DNA of 64,000 nucleotides from Candidatus Nomurabacteria bacterium (GTDB taxonomy: Bacteria; Patescibacteriota; Minisyncoccia; Phycocordibacterales; CAIZLB01), in the NCBI GenBank assembly GCA_943356525.1, contig CALRFG010000006.1:4024-68023 (forward strand), read 5' to 3'. A program made the position numbers and the translations under genes. The notes under the pieces were generated by a model. It was given only the letters and a program-made list of their open reading frames with translations. It was not told the origin of the DNA and did no database searches. This document shows positions 20,134 to 29,029 of this stretch, piece after piece (position 1 is the first letter of the stretch; every line of letters begins with the position of its first letter).

Positions 20134-21186
20134 TTATTTTTCGGCTATTACATGATATTTACCTGATGAATCCTTTTTAAAGGCAGAAGAGTTTTGTAAA
20201 TTAACCAATATAGTGTTCTCTTTTACATATCTCTCTTTCATAACTTTATCAAATATCTCCTCTCTTGTCATGGGACCGTTTTTATTTAACACTTTAACTA
20301 TAACGTCTTTTACTACACCTGAGACATAACCCCATTCTGCCAAGGCGTATAGACCTCGTCCAACGAGAACAAATCTATTATCTTTTATAAGCTCATTGTG
20401 AGTAGTAGCTTCATGTGCTCTTTTACCAAATACACTTTGTATCAATTTAGCTATTTCTTTGAAGTGAACAGGTGACCCATGTTTTCTCATGGCAAGGTAT
20501 GCATAATCTCTTATACCTTTAACTTTCACATTAGTAGACGCTGACTTGCCCCATTCACCTAAGGGGTTTTTATCAATATGTTTTGATATACGTAGCCATC
20601 TTTTTGATATTTCGTCATTTTTCAGCTCTTCTGATATATCTTTAACGTTATCCATGAACGCTTTTATCATTTCATTTTCTGGTATTAATGAATTATCATC
20701 CAAGTTTACATAAAGCTTCTTAAGTGCGTCATGTATCTTTTTTGATAAATCAGAGTCAACGTGCCATCTGTGGTGAAACTCCTCAGTTTCTTTTTCTTTC
20801 TTAAATTCATCACCTATTATCAATAAAAAATGATAATGATTTTGTGTTGATTCGTCACGAGATAAATGGTTTAACAAATCATGCTCGGCCATAATACCTC
20901 CAATCTTTTTAATATATAGAGCCAATTCTTCGAAAACCTTAGCTTCTTCCTTAAAGACTGTAGACTTACGTATTGTAATGATGGAATTAGCTTCTATCTG
21001 TCTAACTCTTTCTCGGGTTATATCATAATTTTCTCCAATAGCCTCAAGTGTCATTTTTTCAATATTTTTATCAAGACCGAAACGATGTGAAATAATTACC
21101 CTTGAACGTTCAGGTATAGCTGATAATAATTTTTTAGTTACATTTTTCACTTTAAATGAAAATGTAGGTGTTGAAGTATTTACCAT
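20134..21186 (-). CDS. Sigma-70 region 4 HTH plus C-terminal winged-helix (HARE-HTH/RNAP delta-like) protein
   Basis: RFGL..MTLEAIGENYDITRERVRQIE; TTHNELIKDNRFVLVGRGLYALAEWG. Confidence 0.75.
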   Translation of the reverse strand: MVNTSTPTFSFKVKNVTKKLLSAIPERSRVIISHRFGLDKNIEKMTLEAIGENYDITRERVRQIEANSIITIRKSTVFKEEAKVFEELALYIKKIGGIMAEHDLLNHLSRDESTQNHYHFLLIIGDEFKKEKETEEFHHRWHVDSDLSKKIHDALKKLYVNLDDNSLIPENEMIKAFMDNVKDISEELKNDEISKRWLRISKHIDKNPLGEWGKSASTNVKVKGIRDYAYLAMRKHGSPVHFKEIAKLIQSVFGKRAHEATTHNELIKDNRFVLVGRGLYALAEWGYVSGVVKDVIVKVLNKNGPMTREEIFDKVMKERYVKENTILVNLQNSSAFKKDSSGKYHVIAEK

Positions 21187-21629
21187 AATGTTTTTACATT
21201 TTTATCATATTTGTTGATATAAGTCAAATCTAGGTCAAGTGTTTTGTCAAGGACGTCGTAAGTTTTGGTTTCAAGGACATATAAGACATTGCCTTGTGGA
21301 TAAAAGACATTTGGATAAGTATCGGGTCGAATGTCCTTTAAAACGAAGTCCAAACTTAGATCTTTTTTAAACCAATATACATTTATAGGAAAATTCATAT
21401 CTTTCATCCATATACCAGCCTTATACTCTTTATCAAAAATAAACAGCATTCCAAACCCTGGGAATAAGAACTTTTTGCCCGACAGACCTTTGATTCTTTC
21501 ATCTTCATTATCTGCTATTTTAACGACCAAATTTTTACTCTTGCCTTCTCCGTTTTTTAATATCAAAAGACCATATTGATGATTAAACGTTAAAGAACAT
21601 ATTATTATAAAACTTAGCAAAAATCTCAT
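21180..21629 (-). CDS. DUF192 family protein
   Basis: IADNEDERIKGLSG, GMLFIF, IWMKDMNFPI, YVLE. Confidence 0.85.
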   Translation of the reverse strand: MRFLLSFIIICSLTFNHQYGLLILKNGEGKSKNLVVKIADNEDERIKGLSGKKFLFPGFGMLFIFDKEYKAGIWMKDMNFPINVYWFKKDLSLDFVLKDIRPDTYPNVFYPQGNVLYVLETKTYDVLDKTLDLDLTYINKYDKNVKTLW

Positions 21630-21658
21630 ATATTCATTATAAAACAAAAAACAAGGTT

Positions 21659-21781
21659 TTACCCTTGTTTTGCGTTTCGTTTACGATTGGCCTTATTTAT
21701 ACGATATAGATGTTTTCCACGACGCACAATAAACTCCCCTTGGCGAAGGTCTGCTTTTTTAAGTGAAGATAATAATTTCAT
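21659..21781 (-). CDS. rpmJ: 50S ribosomal protein L36, zinc-free (type B/YkgO-like), not in ORF track
   Basis: MKLLSSLKKADLRQGEFIVRRGKHLYRINKANRKRNAKQG: L36 IVRR.G..Y.IN....K..QG signature, no Cys. Confidence 0.88.
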   Translation of the reverse strand: MKLLSSLKKADLRQGEFIVRRGKHLYRINKANRKRNAKQG

Positions 21782-21832
21782 AATGAATAGAATATAACAT
21801 TAATTAGATATTAATTCAAGCTTTAATCAAGT

Positions 21833-22312
21833 CTACCTAGTAACAGATATATCTGGCTGTATTTCACCTGCAGCAGATATTGTAATTCTACCTCCTGTAT
21901 CTACATATAATGAATAGCCGGTAAAGTAATCATCTTCATTTATGTAATAGGCTGAAGTGTTTCCTGGCTCATGAGGAAGTTTTGGTAAATATTCAGGTAT
22001 CAAACAGTCAGCAAGATTTATACCATCTATTGATAATCCTGATGATATGCCGTAGTGAATACCTTGTGGTAGAGTTCTAACCGTACCATCACAAAAAACC
22101 ATACCTTCGTGATCAGCAATATTTTGCCCTATGGCATTCAATATAGTGTTTACATTGGCTACACGTTGAGAATCACGAGCTTGTTTAAACTGACGTGAAG
22201 GGTTTACAGCCACAAGTACAACGGTAGCAAGTATACCGATGATACCTATAACCACCAGTATTTCAATAAGAGTAAAACCTTTTTGTTTTATTTGTTTTTT
22301 ATTTATATTCAT
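21833..22312 (-). CDS. Type IV pilin / pseudopilin
   Basis: Class III signal KGFTLIEILVVIGIIGILA, ARDSQR. Confidence 0.9.
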   Translation of the reverse strand: MNINKKQIKQKGFTLIEILVVIGIIGILATVVLVAVNPSRQFKQARDSQRVANVNTILNAIGQNIADHEGMVFCDGTVRTLPQGIHYGISSGLSIDGINLADCLIPEYLPKLPHEPGNTSAYYINEDDYFTGYSLYVDTGGRITISAAGEIQPDISVTR

Positions 22313-22365
22313 ATTTTTTATTTTTTTTAATTAATTGATAATGAATATATAATAAACAAAAGAGG

Positions 22366-22791
22366 TTAAAGTAATCTAAAAGATTTGCTGAAGTTTACGA
22401 AACCATTTTTAAGTTGATATTCAAAGCTATAATCACCAGAGATAAAGAAAATATATTTAAGGCCGGTATTATTATCGAAAGTAATACTTATTTTTTTGAT
22501 ATTGCATTTGTGACTATCTGCAAAATAAAGATTTCGATCAAAATCATAAGCTTGGCCTATAAAACCAAGATTATACCTTGAACCTATGAGAATATTCATA
22601 AATGCATCGGAGCAGAGTATGTGATTGTGTAATGTTGTCCTATTTTCAACAAACTCTTTTTTAATATAAATATATTCGAATACTCTTTCTGAACTTAATG
22701 ATATCCAAGTTAGAAAAGTAAAAGATATACCAAGTACGAAGAATAATGCTATAAAGCCATTTTTATGTTGTTTGTGTATTGTTTTTTTCAT
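22366..22791 (-). CDS. Putative minor pilin (PilX-like N-terminus)
   Basis: NGFIALFFVLGI prepilin-like segment lacking E5; adjacent to a pilin gene. Confidence 0.5.
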   Translation of the reverse strand: MKKTIHKQHKNGFIALFFVLGISFTFLTWISLSSERVFEYIYIKKEFVENRTTLHNHILCSDAFMNILIGSRYNLGFIGQAYDFDRNLYFADSHKCNIKKISITFDNNTGLKYIFFISGDYSFEYQLKNGFVNFSKSFRLL

Positions 22792-23027
22792 GTGATTTGA
22801 AAAGATTTTATTATTTGATAATATTGTTGTTAACAAAGCTCCGAAAGGATCCGAGAAAACTCTCTGTAAAAGGAGGGTTTTCGATTTTTAATGGATATCA
22901 TTTTTTATGTTGATTATTTTCCATACCCGAATATTAACAAAACACCCATCAAGAAAAACAAAAGAAAAGATAAAGGAAAGATAAAGTGTTGCTTTCATCC
23001 TTAAAAAATAGTATATTACTATGTATT

Positions 23028-23100
23028 GGGCCCGTAGCTTAGTTGGTAGAGCGCCTCATTTGCACTGAGGAGGTCAGGAGTTCGAATCCCCTCGGGTCCA
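23028..23100 (+). tRNA. tRNA-Ala(TGC)
   Basis: Cloverleaf; anticodon arm cctca-tttgcac-tgagg; G3:U70; TTCGA T-loop; CCA not encoded. Confidence 0.95.
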
Positions 23101-23126
23101 CACGCTTATTAGCATTGAATATATAA

Positions 23127-23199
23127 CCGCCTATAGCTCAGTTGGTAGAGCAGTCGCCTCTTAAGCGAACGGTCATAGGTTCAAATCCTATTAGGCGGA
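23127..23199 (+). tRNA. tRNA-Lys(CTT)
   Basis: Acceptor ccgccta/taggcgg, anticodon loop ctCTTaa, T-loop ttcaaat. Confidence 0.93.
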
Positions 23200-23218
23200 C
23201 AAGGTAGTTATTTAATAT

Positions 23219-23303
23219 GGGCAAGTGGCGGAATTGGTATACGCGCTAGTCTTAGGAACTAGTTCTTCACGGATTGAGGGTTCGAGTCCCTCCTTGCCCA
23301 CCA
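23219..23303 (+). tRNA. tRNA-Leu(TAG)
   Basis: Acceptor gggcaag/cttgccc, ctagt-ctTAGga-actag, long variable arm, encoded CCA. Confidence 0.95.
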
Positions 23304-23473
23304 TAAAATAAAACTTCACGAAAGTGGAGTTTTATTTTTGTGGGTAAAAGGATGTGCAGAGTTGCACATCCGTGAGGGACTCGAAAAGCTTTGCTATATT
23401 TTTGAGGATCCTTAGTCCGAGAAAATTGCAAAGGTATACTGACCTCGTAGAGGTCGAGTCCCTCCTTGCCCAC
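23304..23473 (+). repeat. tRNA-linked structured element ending in a 20-bp direct repeat of the tRNA-Leu 3' end
   Basis: tcgagtccctccttgcccac at 23282-23301 and 23454-23473; internal core homologous to the element after tRNA-Phe. Confidence 0.85.
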
Positions 23474-23602
23474 AAAATACAAAAAAGTAGCTTTAAATAG
23501 CTGCTTTTTTGCTTTATAAGGCTTTATTGGGGATAAACTTGCTTTTTTACTTAAAAAGTGATATAATAATTAGGTAAATACCCTTGCCTTGGTAGGTGAG
23601 GG

Positions 23603-24730
23603 ATGAAATTTGAACAAAAAAAACGAACAAAGAAAGATACTAAAATGACAATATGGATAAAACAAAAGTTAATCTATTTAAAAAATATAGATTTTTCAGA
23701 ATCAAAATGGCTTGCAATTTTTTCAATTACCGCATTATTGATAATTTATTGGATAACAAAAGATATTGCTATCACGGCGATGCTCTTACTATCAATCGTG
23801 ATTTATTTGGGATGGATTTTGTCACCTAGGATTATTATGTTTATGGTTTACCAGTTGATAGTTAGTACCTTAGTTTGGTATTTTCTAGACCAATATTGGT
23901 TACCCTTGATTTCAAATGCATGGGATTGGTTGAATAATTCTTTAAAAGCAGTAACCTGTACAGCGCTCGTTGGTTTATCAGTTTATTCAATTTTCTCATG
24001 CTGGGACGATGAAACATTAGGGGCAACTGATCTAGGTCACTGGTCTATATCAGAGTGGTTACCTAAAGAAAAGTGGGCTTCAAATCTTAAAAATGGCCCT
24101 CTAGGAGTATTCACAGGTTTACCAGCGTGGCTGGTTTCAATTAAGAAAATTCCTGGTATAGTAACACCTGTTAAAAAAACATTTGTTATACAAGTTGAAA
24201 TAGACGGCGACCCACTCAACAGAAAGTTTGCAGCTGTTTTCGATACAAGTTTTAACGAGCAAGTTAAAGATACACTGAAAACGCTTTTGGTACCAAGTAA
24301 ACTATCTGACTTGGAAAAAATATTTGAAAAAAGCCTTACAGATTGGTTAAATGCAAATAAGTATACTGATGTAAAAGGTCTAAAAGCTGACATTGTGAAT
24401 ATTCAAAAGAATGTACTTAAATCATTGGATGACGCTGAAGTAATTTATGGTAAAAAAATGTCTGACCCTAGGGTTATCGATATTCAACTACCGGAAGATA
24501 TTATTACTCAACAAATCGTGGAAGCTAAGGAAATCACTGACCTTGAAGGGTTCATAGAGCAATCTAAAAAACTCTGGCTTCAGTTCCCTAAAATGTCAGA
24601 TAAGGATATTGCTGACCTAATCTTAACACTAAGAGGAATCAATAAGAAAACTACGTTTAATACTACCGGGGGTAGCGGTGGAAATAAGAAAAATAGCAAG
24701 GCAGCAGCAACGCCCGTTGTCATTATCTAA
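23603..24730 (+). CDS. Hypothetical membrane protein, possibly a divergent SPFH/band-7 domain
   Basis: N-terminal TM helices, RVIDIQLPEDI motif; own promoter (TTGCTT-17-TATAAT ~23539-23567) and terminator (~24741-24780). Confidence 0.55.
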   Translation: MKFEQKKRTKKDTKMTIWIKQKLIYLKNIDFSESKWLAIFSITALLIIYWITKDIAITAMLLLSIVIYLGWILSPRIIMFMVYQLIVSTLVWYFLDQYWLPLISNAWDWLNNSLKAVTCTALVGLSVYSIFSCWDDETLGATDLGHWSISEWLPKEKWASNLKNGPLGVFTGLPAWLVSIKKIPGIVTPVKKTFVIQVEIDGDPLNRKFAAVFDTSFNEQVKDTLKTLLVPSKLSDLEKIFEKSLTDWLNANKYTDVKGLKADIVNIQKNVLKSLDDAEVIYGKKMSDPRVIDIQLPEDIITQQIVEAKEITDLEGFIEQSKKLWLQFPKMSDKDIADLILTLRGINKKTTFNTTGGSGGNKKNSKAAATPVVII

Positions 24731-24849
24731 CCTTGTTTCAAAACCCTGCAGGACTCTAACCAGTCTTGCAGGGTATTTTTATTATAGTTGACACAAAATT
24801 TATAATATGATATAATAAACAAGTAAACTGGACATTATACAAAAATGAT

Positions 24850-25377
24850 ATGAAAAAAATTAGAATTAGAAATGCAGTCATAAAGGTCTTTACGGTATTC
24901 GCGGCAATCTTTTTCATGAAAACGTTAGTTTTCAACAAAAAAGAGGTTACGGAGATTTCAAAACCACAACAATCCCCACCCCTCTCTGCTGAAGTCCCTG
25001 AACCACAACCTGTGCAACCGAAACCTTGGGTGTTTGATCGTCAAACGGTCAACCCAAAAAATAACTCGAGAATGGATTGGTCGGTTCCGACAACGAGCCT
25101 AAACCAAGCCACGGAGTGGTTTAACGTAGAAAATGTATCCTATTGGGGCTATCGGGTAAAATCTGATTGCCTTATCGAATACAAGTTCAAGGATATTACC
25201 AGGAAAAACGTAGTGGTAAAAATTGAGTATAAAAACTCTAACCATTACACCGAAGGCACTACTGAGCTTTGGAAACCTGATCGACTACTGGAGGTGGTAG
25301 ACAATACAGCAGAAATGCGTTTTATACCCCTCCCTGGTCAATCGTTGGTCGGACCGACTATTTATAGGTCTGAATAA
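24850..25377 (+). CDS. Hypothetical protein with N-terminal TM anchor and Pro-rich linker
   Basis: 175-aa ORF; consensus TTGACA-17-TATAAT at ~24788-24816; terminator ~25400-25440. Confidence 0.65.
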   Translation: MKKIRIRNAVIKVFTVFAAIFFMKTLVFNKKEVTEISKPQQSPPLSAEVPEPQPVQPKPWVFDRQTVNPKNNSRMDWSVPTTSLNQATEWFNVENVSYWGYRVKSDCLIEYKFKDITRKNVVVKIEYKNSNHYTEGTTELWKPDRLLEVVDNTAEMRFIPLPGQSLVGPTIYRSE

Positions 25378-25454
25378 CATCACTGATCACAATTGATCAA
25401 AAAGCGCCCCCTGTTTACAGGTGTGGCGCTATTTTTTTTATATAATTTATTAAT

Positions 25455-25754
25455 CTAATTATCATCTATATTTAAAACTCTGTTAACATTGTCTTTAGTT
25501 CTATCACTTGTTGGAACACTATTTAATATAAGTTTAAATAAACCAAACACCGATATCATAATAAACATTCCAAACAACCCCCAACCTATATGCAACCTTC
25601 CTTCTTTTATTTTTCCTGGATCTGATTGTGATTTATATATATATTCAAAAACTCCATAGATAAAATATATAAATGCTACAGCAAATAATAAAATAATAAT
25701 TGGATTTATAATAATTTGATTTATATTTGACAGTATAGAGTATACTTTTTGCAT
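25455..25754 (-). CDS. VirB2/TrbC-like (T4SS-pilin family) membrane protein
   Basis: Two TM helices joined by GRLHIGWGLFGMFIMISVFG. Confidence 0.7.
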   Translation of the reverse strand: MQKVYSILSNINQIIINPIIILLFAVAFIYFIYGVFEYIYKSQSDPGKIKEGRLHIGWGLFGMFIMISVFGLFKLILNSVPTSDRTKDNVNRVLNIDDN

Positions 25755-25830
25755 ATAACATAATCATACAATAAAAAAAGACTTGAGGCTATAAACCTCA
25801 AATCTTTTTTATTAAACTAACTAAAGAAAT

Positions 25831-26220
25831 CTATCTTGAAGGAGGGGTAGCGTAAGGAGCTTGTTGTACTGGGACAGCAGGTGCTACTGGTATATTTGAG
25901 TTATCAAGGTTAAATGATCCTCTCAAAAGGTTTACAAGTCCCCAAACTGACACCATAACAAATAATGCAACTACACCCCACAATATATATTTTCCAGCCT
26001 CTGCCCTATCTGCCCCGTCTTTTCCTCCTAGGAAAAATCTTTTCACTATACCAAGTAAAAATAATACAAGTGCTGCCAATATAAGAAGTGGTAATGCACG
26101 TCCTGCTATGTATATAACCCAGTTAAGTAAGCCATCAATAGTTCTAGCTATAGGGGCTTCTGTTTGAGCAAGAACAAGAGCTGGTGCAAATGTTGCTAAA
26201 AGTGATAATATTTTTTTCAT
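25831..26220 (-). CDS. VirB2/TrbC-like pilin
   Basis: Signal peptide (ALVLA-Q), AGKYILWGVVALFVMVSVWGLV. Confidence 0.75.
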   Translation of the reverse strand: MKKILSLLATFAPALVLAQTEAPIARTIDGLLNWVIYIAGRALPLLILAALVLFLLGIVKRFFLGGKDGADRAEAGKYILWGVVALFVMVSVWGLVNLLRGSFNLDNSNIPVAPAVPVQQAPYATPPSR

Positions 26221-26274
26221 GTTTTTTTTGTAAATTTATGATTTTATTTAATTTATAATTATGTTTTTATTATA

Positions 26275-26829
26275 CTACTTTAGTTGTGGAACAATCAAGT
26301 TACCACTGCCAAATAAAGTAAATTGAAGTATTCTAACAAGTCCCCAAACAGACACCATAACAAAGAGTGATACAATACCCCAGAACATAAACTTTCTAGC
26401 TTGCTCGCGAGCTTCTGGTTTTTGTCCATCAACAAAAGATAGTCTTAGTATTCCATACAGGAACATAACCAAAGCTGCTCCGATGATAACGTAAACAAGC
26501 TGATTCATGATTCCAACTAGCCATAAAACAACACCCTCGAGAGAAAGTTTTGGTACACCACTAGCTCCAGGAGTATAGTTTGGTTTTTGATTTAGTTCTG
26601 AATATTCACCTCTGTTTAAACCAGCACCTAAAGCGCTGTTACCGTCACCACCACCCATCATAATGTTTGCATCATATGAATCAGCTCCTCCACCAAACAT
26701 AGAGGAATCAGCTCCTCCACCAAACATAGAGGAATCAGCTCCTCCACCGTTATCAAAAGCATCCTCTATAGACTGTGCCCCGGCTCCAACCCCACTCAAC
26801 ATAATCATTATTATTAAAATTTTTTTCAT
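26275..26829 (-). CDS. VirB2/TrbC-like pilin with Gly-rich repeat N-terminus
   Basis: Signal peptide, GGGADSSMF repeats, ARKFMFWGIVSLFVMVSVWGLV. Confidence 0.75.
   Translation of the reverse strand: MKKILIIMIMLSGVGAGAQSIEDAFDNGGGADSSMFGGGADSSMFGGGADSYDANIMMGGGDGNSALGAGLNRGEYSELNQKPNYTPGASGVPKLSLEGVVLWLVGIMNQLVYVIIGAALVMFLYGILRLSFVDGQKPEAREQARKFMFWGIVSLFVMVSVWGLVRILQFTLFGSGNLIVPQLK
26678..26748. repeat. In-frame 27-bp tandem repeat (~2.6 copies)
   Basis: gaatcagctcctccaccaaacatagag x2 plus a 17-bp partial copy. Confidence 0.92.
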
Positions 26830-26856
26830 ATTTATATTATTATATTTAATTATTAT

Positions 26857-27234
26857 TTATTTTCCTTTGAATACCTCTTTAACTGTATCACCTATACCCA
26901 GAGCTAAAACCTCTGCTGTCAATATAAGCGCAGCACCTACAAGACCCCAAAGTAATGCATTCTGGGCTTTTTTAAGTTTTGCAGGATCACCTTTTGCAGT
27001 AACAAACATAAAACCTGCATACAATAGATATAACGTTGCGACCATTATCATTATAGTTTGAGCTACATCTAAAATATTCATAAAGATAGTTCTTAAGTCA
27101 GTACCTCCTGCTGTACCATCGCCTATAGGTGGAGTTAAAAAACCGTCTCCTCTAGTTTGTTTTGTCTGAGCAAACATAAAAACCGGTGTAGTTATTGTAA
27201 TAAATGCAATAATTTTTTGAATATTTTTTTTCAT
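26857..27234 (-). CDS. VirB2/TrbC-like pilin
   Basis: Signal peptide, YAGFMFVTAKGDPAKLKKAQNALLWGLVG. Confidence 0.8.
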   Translation of the reverse strand: MKKNIQKIIAFITITTPVFMFAQTKQTRGDGFLTPPIGDGTAGGTDLRTIFMNILDVAQTIMIMVATLYLLYAGFMFVTAKGDPAKLKKAQNALLWGLVGAALILTAEVLALGIGDTVKEVFKGK

Positions 27235-27254
27235 ATTTGTATTATACTTTAAGT

Positions 27255-27599
27255 TTATCTTTTAGGTAATGAATCCTGTCTAAATTCTGCATTTACACCA
27301 AGACTATCCAATGCAAATTCAACTATATAATAAGCACCTATTAACAAAATCATTCCAATAACTATATTTAAAAATATACTTTTAGCGCGACTACGTGACT
27401 GAGGAGAACCTTCACCTTTTACTAAAACAAAACCTGCATAAAATATCATAATTGTGGCAATAAAAACACCTAGCAATATAATATTTTGCAATAACTCATT
27501 TATAATGGGACCTAAATCTTTCCAACCGCAACCACCTAAATAAGGATCAGCTTTTTCCCCATTTCCAAAACATACGGATAAACTTTCAAATAATTGCAT
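27255..27599 (-). CDS. VirB2/TrbC-like pilin
   Basis: YAGFVLVKGEGSPQSRSRAKSIFLNIVIG; N-terminal Cys pair. Confidence 0.72.
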   Translation of the reverse strand: MQLFESLSVCFGNGEKADPYLGGCGWKDLGPIINELLQNIILLGVFIATIMIFYAGFVLVKGEGSPQSRSRAKSIFLNIVIGMILLIGAYYIVEFALDSLGVNAEFRQDSLPKR

Positions 27600-27618
27600 A
27601 TGTATTTATATTATCATA

Positions 27619-28959
27619 TTATCTTGTTAAATATAATCTATCTAGTCTATCTGATGCATCTGTTATTGCATCTGATATGTTTTGAGTTCCTGAAACTATA
27701 GAGTTTATCATTTTAGAGAAGATGTCATCAGATGAATTACTGTTTGGATCAAGCCATGTCTGAGCAAATATAGCAGATTGGTTTATAACTGCTATATCAG
27801 GATTTGTTTTTGCAGCTTTTGAGTTTAACAAAACATCGCGACGCGCTGAAGCTAAACGTATAGAGTTTGAAAGTGAATCGTTTAACTCATATGTATTGAA
27901 AAATCTCATAACATCTTGATATGTAGCGTTTGCATTTTTTGATGTAATCAAAAACCCGAGAGAATATATTTTTCCTTTTGTGACTTTTTTCTCCTGATAA
28001 GCTTGAGGTATAGCCGCTATATCAAAGTATAAGTTCGGATTACGAGTTTTCAAATATTCCACTTCAGATCCTGGACCAAAATATATAGCCAAATCTCCAG
28101 CAAGAAATGCTTCACGTGAGGAGCTAAATGATTTATTCCATGTATATGATGATTTCGTAGGGTTGGCAAATTCTGTATAAAATATAAGAGCTTGGCGGGA
28201 CAAAGTAGATGCGGACTGTTCATTTTCTGTTAGTTGTTTTTTGTTTTTTACTAAACCTGAAACGTAAGCTCTTGATCCATCGTCGTAAAAAGATAAATCA
28301 ATACCTATCTGTGAAAGCATGGCAAACAGTATGTCTTTAGCGTGGTCAACGTTATCATATTCTCCTAGTGCTGCATAAGCCCTATCTATAATACCGTTAT
28401 CTTGCCTACGTACAACTTTTTCTGTTAAGTTAGTAAATTCCACCCAATCTTTTGGAGGTATGAGTATACCTTCTGATTTTAACAAATCAACATTGTAATA
28501 CATAACCAACGGATCTATCAACAAAGGAAAGGCTTTTATACCACCCTGAACGGTGAACTTATTTGCAATATCTAAGTAAGTATTTTTATAAACTTCTGCT
28601 GTTACGGTTTCATTTGGTATAGTTAGAAGTTTATTTATCTGACTGTAATACATGTAATCAGGGAAAATGATTGCGTCTGGACCATTACCTTCTGCTATTG
28701 CCTTAAGTATAGCCTGTTCGAAACCTTCTTCTTGAAATTCAATATATGTGAAAGTTGGATCCTGACCTTTAATACGAAAAGGTTCTATACCTGCATCTAT
28801 GTTAGCTTTGGGTAAAACACCCCAAATAGTTGATTTATAACCTGAAGTATTTATACCTGATTTACCTGTTGCAAATAAAGCTATGCCAATTATTCCAATA
28901 ACAAGAAAGGTTACTATAACCACAACTTGAAATATGTTTAGATCTTTGATATTACTCAT
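27619..28959 (-). CDS. Extracellular solute-binding protein (ABC sugar-binding family 1-like), membrane anchored
   Basis: N-terminal TM, AIAEGNGPD, PLLIDPLVMYYNVDLL, PPKDWVEF, AFLAGDLAIYF. Confidence 0.8.
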   Translation of the reverse strand: MSNIKDLNIFQVVVIVTFLVIGIIGIALFATGKSGINTSGYKSTIWGVLPKANIDAGIEPFRIKGQDPTFTYIEFQEEGFEQAILKAIAEGNGPDAIIFPDYMYYSQINKLLTIPNETVTAEVYKNTYLDIANKFTVQGGIKAFPLLIDPLVMYYNVDLLKSEGILIPPKDWVEFTNLTEKVVRRQDNGIIDRAYAALGEYDNVDHAKDILFAMLSQIGIDLSFYDDGSRAYVSGLVKNKKQLTENEQSASTLSRQALIFYTEFANPTKSSYTWNKSFSSSREAFLAGDLAIYFGPGSEVEYLKTRNPNLYFDIAAIPQAYQEKKVTKGKIYSLGFLITSKNANATYQDVMRFFNTYELNDSLSNSIRLASARRDVLLNSKAAKTNPDIAVINQSAIFAQTWLDPNSNSSDDIFSKMINSIVSGTQNISDAITDASDRLDRLYLTR

Positions 28960-29029
28960 TATTTTTATTTATTTAATTTTTATAAATTATATACGAGTAA
29001 TTATACTATATAATACCTAATTATACTCA

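Noticed and set aside
22888-22998. 36-aa minus-strand ORF in frame with the PilX-like gene across a TAA
   Set aside because: The pilin-like signal sits right after Met 22791, so no extension is needed; low-complexity sequence overlapping the tRNA promoter region.
23267-23482. 71-aa ORF in the ORF track
   Set aside because: Antisense to tRNA-Leu and the structured repeat; no coding signature.
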